The notes beneath the pieces were generated by a model. The model was not told the DNA's origin. It saw only the letters and a program-made list of their open reading frames with translations, and made no database searches. A program made the position numbers and the translations under genes. From Xanthomonas campestris pv. campestris str. ATCC 33913 (GTDB lineage Bacteria > Pseudomonadota > Gammaproteobacteria > Xanthomonadales > Xanthomonadaceae), in assembly GCF_000007145.1 (NCBI RefSeq), contig NC_003902.1, positions 997,436-1,029,435 of the forward strand: 32,000 nucleotides of DNA, written 5' to 3'. Below are positions 26,432 to 32,000 of the stretch, piece after piece (position 1 is the stretch's first letter; every line of letters starts with the position of its first letter).

Positions 26432-26950
26432 CTATTCGCTCAGCCGTGGACGCAGTGTCGCCAGGTTGCAGGGCTTGGTGCGCGCATCCAGCTGCGCACG
26501 CACGATCTTTTCCCACGCGGTGCGGCAGGCCGAAGTGGAACCGGGCAGGCAGAACACGAAGCTGTGGTTGGCCAGGCCGGCAAACGCGCGTGACTGCAGC
26601 GACGAGGTGCCGATTTCCGCAACACTGATGGCGCGGAACATCTCGCCAAAGCCCGGCATCAGCTTGTCCAGCAGCGGGGTGATCGCCTCGGGCGTGGAAT
26701 CGCGCCCGGTGAAGCCGGTGCCACCGGTCACCAGGATGCCGTCCACCTGCGCATCGGCGATCCAGGCGGAGACAATTGCACGCATGCGATAGCGATCGTC
26801 CGGGCACAACGCACGCGCATGCAGCACGTGGCCCTCGTGGGTGAGCGCGTCGACCAGATAATCGCCGGAGCGGTCATCGGCCAGGGTGCGGCTGTCGGAC
26901 ACCGTCAGTACGCACAGGTGCAAGGGAATGAATTCGAGATTGGAAGGCAT
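26432..26950 (-). CDS. moaB: MoaB/MogA-family molybdopterin-binding protein (172 aa)
   Basis: LTVSDSR..., ILVTGGTGFTGRDSTPEA and LPGSTSA are typical of the MoaB fold. It lies 30 nt upstream of ppk2 on the same strand. Confidence 0.85.
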   Translation of the reverse strand: MPSNLEFIPLHLCVLTVSDSRTLADDRSGDYLVDALTHEGHVLHARALCPDDRYRMRAIVSAWIADAQVDGILVTGGTGFTGRDSTPEAITPLLDKLMPGFGEMFRAISVAEIGTSSLQSRAFAGLANHSFVFCLPGSTSACRTAWEKIVRAQLDARTKPCNLATLRPRLSE

Positions 26951-27080
26951 GACGCCAGCCTAGCGAGCCTGGACGGCCGGGTACAGCACCACGGCGTGAA
27001 GCCGCACAACGTCAGTCGCAGTCGAGGGTCCGCTGATACTGGCAATTAGCAACTGACAGTTCGTGGCAAATCGATAAGCC

Positions 27081-27206
27081 GCTCTCCCTGGGGGCGAGAA
27101 GGCACAGCTTGCGCGCCATGGGCGCGCGTGCCGCCGAGCGCCCACGCCGCAAGGTTGGACGCCCCTCTCCCTCCGGGAGAGGGGTTGGGGTGAGGGTACG
27201 GCGAAG
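27081..27206. repeat. REP-type element, copy A (CTCTCCC...GGGGTTGGGGTGAGGGTACGGCG)
   Basis: It contains the hairpin GGCAC..GCGCGCC-ATG-GGCGCGC..GTGCC (27101-27132). A second hairpin is CCCCTCTCC-CTCCG-GGAGAGGGG (27162-27184). Confidence 0.8.
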
Positions 27207-27224
27207 CAAGACGCTAGCTTCGGT

Positions 27225-27343
27225 GAGGGGGCGGCAGCGCGGCCGGGGATCGGCTCCTCGGCTCGGCAGACATCCTGTCTGACTCGCCGCCGCGGCACAT
27301 CCCTGTGCGGCTCTCCGCCAATCCCCGGCCACGCTGCCGCCTC
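27225..27343. repeat. Long imperfect inverted repeat (about 26-bp arms, about 64-nt spacer with two inner hairpins)
   Basis: The left arm GAGGGGGCGGCAGCGCGGCCGGGGATCGG (27225-27253) pairs with the right arm CCAATCCCCGGCCACGCTGCCGCCTC (27318-27343). Inner hairpins are CAGACA-TCC-TGTCTG and GCACA-TCCC-TGTGC. Confidence 0.75.
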
Positions 27344-27404
27344 GGCACTTCATTACGGTGACTTCGAGGAGTTTGAACGCGATAGTGAGGAAGTTGTCTG
27401 GAGC

Positions 27405-27528
27405 CCCTCTCCCGTTGGGGCGAGCAGGCACAGCGTGCGCGCCATGCGCGCGCGTGCCTTGGAGCGCCCGCGTCGCAAGCGCGGGCCGGGGCGTGGAGCG
27501 GGGGTTGGGGGTGAGGGTACGGCGGAAG
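27405..27528. repeat. REP-type element, copy B
   Basis: Collinear with copy A at an offset of about 324 nt (CTCTCCCGTTGGGGCGAGCAGGCACAGCGTGCGCGCCATGCGCGCGCGTGCC...GGGGTTGGGGGTGAGGGTACGGCGG). Confidence 0.8.
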
Positions 27529-27561
27529 ACAGCCATCTATTTTGAACGCAAAAAGTCCGCG

Positions 27562-29268
27562 CTAAATTCCCAACCAACCATGACGCCGCGCGAGTGCCTG
27601 CAACAACGCACCAAAATCATCCGCAAACCCGTCCATATGAAACACCCCGGACGCACGGCGCAGCACATCCACCCGCGCATGCAACGCCGTCAGCGCCGCC
27701 GGATCACTCGCCAACGCCACCGCCTTGGCAACAAACGCGGCGTCGTCCGCCACATTCATCTCATCCAACCCAAGATGATGATTCAAGCTGCCAGCGACCC
27801 GCGCAGCAAACGTCTCCCCAGGCGTCGTCAATACCGGGCATCCCGTCCATAGCGCGTCCGATGCGGTGGTATGCGCGTTGTACGGATGCGTATCCAGAAA
27901 CAGGTCCGCATGCCGGTAGCGCGCCAGGTACTGCGGATGCGGCAACTTCGGCATGAACACCAGGCGCTGCGCGTCAACGCCTTGCGCGTGTGCGAATGCA
28001 CGCAGACGCGCATCGGCCTCGCCCGGCCCGGACAACAACCACAGCACGCTGTCGGGCACTTCGCGCAGCACGGCCAGCATGCGCGCCATGCTTTGCGGGT
28101 TGAGTTTGTAGCTGTTGTTGAAGCAGCACAGCACCACGCCCTGCTCGGGCAAGCCGCACTGCGTACGCGAAGGCGGTTCGGCAACTACGCGCGAGGTGTC
28201 CGACGGCTGAAATGCACCTTGCAAGCGCAACACGTGCTCGCTGTAGAACGGCTCCAACGCAGGCGGCAGCGCGAACGCATCGCCCAGCACGTAATCCATC
28301 CACGGCGCGCCGGAGGTGCCCGGATACGCCAGCCAGTTGACCTGCACCGGTGCCGGGCGCAACGCGAACACTTCCGGGCGCCCGCCGCCGCCCCAGCCAC
28401 GCAGGTCGAACAACAGATCGATGCCGTGGTGGCGGATGTGCTTTGCGGTGGCCAGATGCCCGAGTGCGGTGACGTCGTGCAAGGTACTGGCCTGCGCCAG
28501 CCGCGTCCGCAGCGTGCTGCCATCGTCACCGCTTGTCGCAAACAGATGCATCTGCAGGTCCGGCTGGCGCCGCTGCAGCGCTTCGAACAAGGCTACGGTC
28601 AGCAAGCCGGTGGGATGCGCGCCAAAGCCATTGGAGACGAAGCCCACTCGCAGCGGGCCCTTGCTGCGTACGCGCGTGGGCGCAAGCGGCCGCACGCTGG
28701 CGGCGATCGCCTGCGCACGCGTGCGCGCACAGGCCAGTTGCTCGGCGGCGCTGGCATCTTCGCTGAGGAACGCGAACGGCTCCACCGCGCCAACGCCCTG
28801 CGCCACGGCGGCGCGCACCTGCGCGGAGAGCACATCCAGCGCGCGCCAGTCACACAGCCGGCGCCGCCAGTTGAGCAGTTGCGCGGTGATGTACGGCTCC
28901 TCCGGCAACAACTGATGCGCACGCGTGTAAGCGGCGGCAGCGGCTTCGGCCTGGCCGGCATCTTCCAGCGCATGCCCAAGCCACAACGCGATACCGGGGT
29001 GTTCTGGAGCAGCATCGGAGGCTTGCTGCAGCAGGACGGCGGCCTCGGCATGGCGCTGTTGCGTCCAGCGTACGCGGCCCAGCCGCGCCACCGCCTCCGG
29101 ATGGCCAGGGTGCAGCGCGAGGCCGCGCTGTACCGCCATCTCGCCGGCAGTTGTGTCGCCCATGCCCAGCTCCGCGTCGGCCAGCATCAGCCAGGCCACG
29201 AAATCCTGCGGGCGATGGCGCACGGCCGCGCGCAGCTGCAACAGCTCGCGCGGGCCGTCGGCGGTCAC
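27562..29268 (-). CDS. TPR + GT41-family glycosyltransferase (O-GlcNAc transferase/SPINDLY homologue, 568 aa)
   Basis: GTG 29268..29266 overlaps the prfA TGA (GTGA). N-terminal TPR-like repeats are followed by a GT-B domain ([60 protein letters not shown]). Length and sequence agree with my recollection of XcOGT. The 673-aa track ORF over-extends into prfA. Confidence 0.85.
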
Positions 29269-30350
29269 GTGCCCTCGCTCAGTCGCGCCAGTTCGTCGGC
29301 CTGATGCTCGTGCAGCAAGCGGGCGATCAAGGCATCCAGATCGCCTTCGATGATGTTGGGCAGGTCGTACAAGGTCAGCCCTTCGACGCGGTGGTCGGTG
29401 ATGCGGCCCTGCGGAAAGCTGTAGGTGCGGATGCGTTGGCTGCGGTCGCCGCTGCCTACCTGCAACTTGCGCGTCTGTGCTTCGGCCGCCGCGGCCTTGC
29501 TGCGTTCTGCTTCCACCAATTGCGCCTTCAGGCGCTTCATCGCCTTGTCGCGATTGGCGTGCTGGCTGCGCTCGGTCTGGCATTCCACCACCACGCCGCT
29601 GGGCACGTGGGTGATGCGGATCGCCGATTCGGTCTTGTTGACGTGCTGCCCGCCGGCGCCGGAGGAGCGGAACGTATCCACTTTCAGGTCGGCCGGATTG
29701 ATCACGATCTCTTCCACGTCATCGGCTTCGGGGATGATCGCCACGGTCGCGGCCGAGGTGTGGATGCGGCCCTGCGATTCGGTGGCCGGCACGCGTTGCA
29801 CGCGGTGGGTGCCGGACTCGAATTTCAGCCGCGAATACGCGCCGCGCCCGACCACCCGCGCCACCACTTCCTTGTAGCCGCCGTGCTCGCCGGGGCTGTC
29901 GGATTCGATCTCCACCTTCCAGCCCTGGCGCTCGGCGTAGCGCGCGTACATGCGGAACAGATCGCCGGCGAAAATCGCCGCTTCGTCGCCGCCGGTGCCG
30001 GCACGCACTTCCAGGAACAGGTTGCCTTCATCGCGCGGGTCGCGCGGCACCAGCAACAGCGCCAGTTGCGCGTCCAGTTCGTCCAGTCGCGCTTGTGCGG
30101 CGAGGATTTCTTCCTCAGCCAGCTCGCGCATTTCCGGATCGTTACGCATCGCCTCTGCCGCGCTCAGATCGGCTTTGGCGCGCGCCTCTTCCTGCATGGC
30201 CAGCGCCACCGGTTCCAGCTGCGACAGTTCGCGCGACAGGCTGCGGAACTTGTCGTTGTTGCTGACCACCTCCGGATCGGAGAGCAGGTGTTGCAGTTCT
30301 TCGCGGCGCTCGGCCAGCGCTTCGAGCTTACGGCGCAGGGTTGGCGTCAT
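29265..30350 (-). CDS. prfA: Peptide chain release factor 1 (361 aa)
   Basis: It has the PAT tripeptide ([10 protein letters not shown]) and the GGQ motif ([14 protein letters not shown]). GAGGA precedes ATG 30350. Confidence 0.95.
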   Translation of the reverse strand: MTPTLRRKLEALAERREELQHLLSDPEVVSNNDKFRSLSRELSQLEPVALAMQEEARAKADLSAAEAMRNDPEMRELAEEEILAAQARLDELDAQLALLLVPRDPRDEGNLFLEVRAGTGGDEAAIFAGDLFRMYARYAERQGWKVEIESDSPGEHGGYKEVVARVVGRGAYSRLKFESGTHRVQRVPATESQGRIHTSAATVAIIPEADDVEEIVINPADLKVDTFRSSGAGGQHVNKTESAIRITHVPSGVVVECQTERSQHANRDKAMKRLKAQLVEAERSKAAAAEAQTRKLQVGSGDRSQRIRTYSFPQGRITDHRVEGLTLYDLPNIIEGDLDALIARLLHEHQADELARLSEGT

Positions 30351-31626
30351 CAGTCCTCACGATCGGGGTAGCTACAGGGGGATGGCGGTAACCGGGTTTC
30401 TCGGGGAATAGCCGGTCGGCCGCGCTGGTCAGGTCGAGGTCGTTGTTGAGCGCGGCATCGCGCAGTGCGGCGGTTGGCGGATGCAGCAGGCGGTTGGTCA
30501 GCGCATGCGCCAACTGTTCCAGCACTTCATCGGCCGGCTTGCCGTTGCTCAATTGCTGCCGCGCCTTGGCCAGCAGTTCGTCGCGGGTGCTGTCGCCGAA
30601 GGCACGCAGCCGTTTCAGTGGCGCCTGGCGCTCATTGGCCTGCAGCGTTTCCACATAGCGCGCCACCTGCAGGTCGATGATGGCTTCGGCCTGGTCGGCC
30701 GCCTCGCGGCGGCTGCGGCGGTTGTCTTCCACCGCGCGTTCCAGGTCGTCCACCGTGTACAGGTAGGCGTCGCTCAGCTCGGCCACCGAGGCCTCGATAT
30801 CGCGCGGCACCGCCAGGTCGAACAGCAGCATCGGCTTGCGCTTGCGCGTGCGCAGCGCCTGTTCCACCTGCACCCGGGTCACCACCGGCTCGCGCGCGGC
30901 GGTGGCGGAAAACACCACATCGGCCTCGGCCAGGTGGCGATCCAGCTCGGTTAGCGGCAGCGCCACGCCGCCATGCTGGGTCGCCAGCGTCTGTGCGTGG
31001 GCCAGGGTGCGATTGGCGATCAACAGCCGCCGCACGCGGCCTTCGCTCAGATGCTTGGCCGCCAGTTCGATGGTCTCGCCGGCGCCCACCAGCAGCACCG
31101 TCGATTCATTCAGGCGTGCGAACGATTCCTGCGCCAGCCGCACCGCGGTGGATGCCACCGACACCGGGTTGGCGCCCACGCGGGTGTCGGTGCGTGCGCG
31201 CTTGGCCACCGAAAAGGTCTGCTGGAACAGCCGGTCCAGGCCACTGCCCAGCGCGCCGTGCGCGCGTGCCACCGCCCAGGCGTCCTTCACCTGGCCCAGG
31301 ATCTGCGGCTCGCCGAGCACCATGGAGTCCAGCCCGGTGGCCACGCGGAACAGGTGGCGCACCGCCTCGGCATCGCGGTGCTGGTACAGATAACCGCTCA
31401 GCCCGGGCGCGTGCATGTCCAGCCAGGCCACCAGCGTCTGCGGGTCGTCGGCCATCGCATACAGCTCGGTGCGGTTGCAGGTGGACAGCAGCGCGGCCTC
31501 GCGCACCTGCGGCAGGATGCGCAACGAATCGAGCGCGCGCGGTAACGCGTCACCCGCGAACGCCGCGCGTTCGCGCAGGTCCACGGGTGCGGTCTGGTGA
31601 TTCAGTCCGAGCACCCACAACGTCAT
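30328..31626 (-). CDS. hemA: Glutamyl-tRNA reductase (432 aa)
   Basis: Active-site block [13 protein letters not shown](P)-binding [16 protein letters not shown], and a C-terminal dimerisation region. The 3' end overlaps the prfA start by 23 nt. Confidence 0.95.
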   Translation of the reverse strand: MTLWVLGLNHQTAPVDLRERAAFAGDALPRALDSLRILPQVREAALLSTCNRTELYAMADDPQTLVAWLDMHAPGLSGYLYQHRDAEAVRHLFRVATGLDSMVLGEPQILGQVKDAWAVARAHGALGSGLDRLFQQTFSVAKRARTDTRVGANPVSVASTAVRLAQESFARLNESTVLLVGAGETIELAAKHLSEGRVRRLLIANRTLAHAQTLATQHGGVALPLTELDRHLAEADVVFSATAAREPVVTRVQVEQALRTRKRKPMLLFDLAVPRDIEASVAELSDAYLYTVDDLERAVEDNRRSRREAADQAEAIIDLQVARYVETLQANERQAPLKRLRAFGDSTRDELLAKARQQLSNGKPADEVLEQLAHALTNRLLHPPTAALRDAALNNDLDLTSAADRLFPEKPGYRHPPVATPIVRTDDANPAP

Positions 31627-31691
31627 TGTTCAGTTGCTTGCGATAAGCTGCTGGCCATTCAGGGCCCCATTTTACGGCCCGGTTGCCCCCG

Positions 31692-32000
31692 ATGCCTGTA
31701 CCGATTCGCATCCTGAGTGTTCTTTTGCTGGCCACAGTGTCGACCAGCGCCATCGCAGCACCGAAAAAAGCACCGCCCGCCCCCCCGGCAGCCACTGCCG
31801 GCAGCGCCTCGCTGGAGCCAGTCCTGGCAGGCGAATTCGCCTTGCAGGCCGGGCAGTTGGACGAAGCAGCGCGCGCTTACCTGGATGCCGCCAAGGCCGA
31901 AGCCGGCGATGCCGGGCTGGCCGAGCGGGCCGCCCGCATCGCCATGCTGGCCAACGATGACGCGCGCGCCATCGAGGCCCTGGCCCTGTGGCGTGCCCGT
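31692..32000 (+). CDS. 5' part of a secreted TPR-like protein (continues beyond the window)
   Basis: ATG 31692 opens a frame that runs to the window edge (103 codons): MPVPIRILSVLLLATVSTSAIAAPKK... is a signal peptide, followed by an Ala-rich helical repeat (AGQLDEAARAYLDAAKAEAGD). It is divergent from hemA. It is absent from the ORF track only because no stop is reached. Confidence 0.6.
   Translation, partial: MPVPIRILSVLLLATVSTSAIAAPKKAPPAPPAATAGSASLEPVLAGEFALQAGQLDEAARAYLDAAKAEAGDAGLAERAARIAMLANDDARAIEALALWRAR

Noticed and set aside
26951-27080. Moco riboswitch upstream of moaB
   Set aside because: Reading the minus strand, I could not find the conserved Moco-motif elements as I remember them (for example the CCUCCGAG-type core) or a fitting multi-stem architecture.

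Overview
This is a high-GC chromosomal segment (roughly two-thirds G+C by eye, not computed). Gene content and protein sequences look like Xanthomonas, probably the campestris group. In particular, the 568-aa TPR/GT41 protein at 27562..29268 matches what I recall of the X. campestris OGT homologue (XcOGT); that is memory, not a search. I support about 27 CDS, and many are joined by 1-4 nt start/stop overlaps.

Left to right the window contains:
- a nitroreductase;
- two tandem DUF1631-type giant paralogues;
- an alpha/beta-hydrolase and TetR pair bracketed by a 142-bp repeat family;
- about 0.9 kb with no credible gene;
- an ECF sigma / anti-sigma / DUF3106 operon;
- a small membrane protein, sufT-like and ilvE;
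- three tandem secreted S8 proteases, the middle one frameshifted and lacking its C-terminal domain;
- ybaK plus a half-size asparaginase;
- a GH30 glucuronoxylanase;
- wrbA-DUF2069, then yihY-tlpA-acyP;
- an orphan membrane protein;
- moaB-ppk2;
- a nested REP/hairpin cluster;
- hemA-prfA-GT41(OGT);
- the 5' end of a secreted TPR-like protein.

I saw no tRNA, rRNA, CRISPR array, transposase, integrase or recognisable defence/toxin module.

The leads I rate highest are:
- the OGT-family glycosyltransferase sits in the slot normally held by prmC and is start/stop-coupled to RF1;
- the DUF1631 tandem pair;
- the MITE-like 142-bp repeats flanking the hydrolase/TetR cassette;
- decay and simple-repeat signatures in the protease array;
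- the ECF module with a Spy/CpxP-like periplasmic repeat protein.

All family assignments come from motifs read by eye and from memory. No HMM or BLAST search was run.
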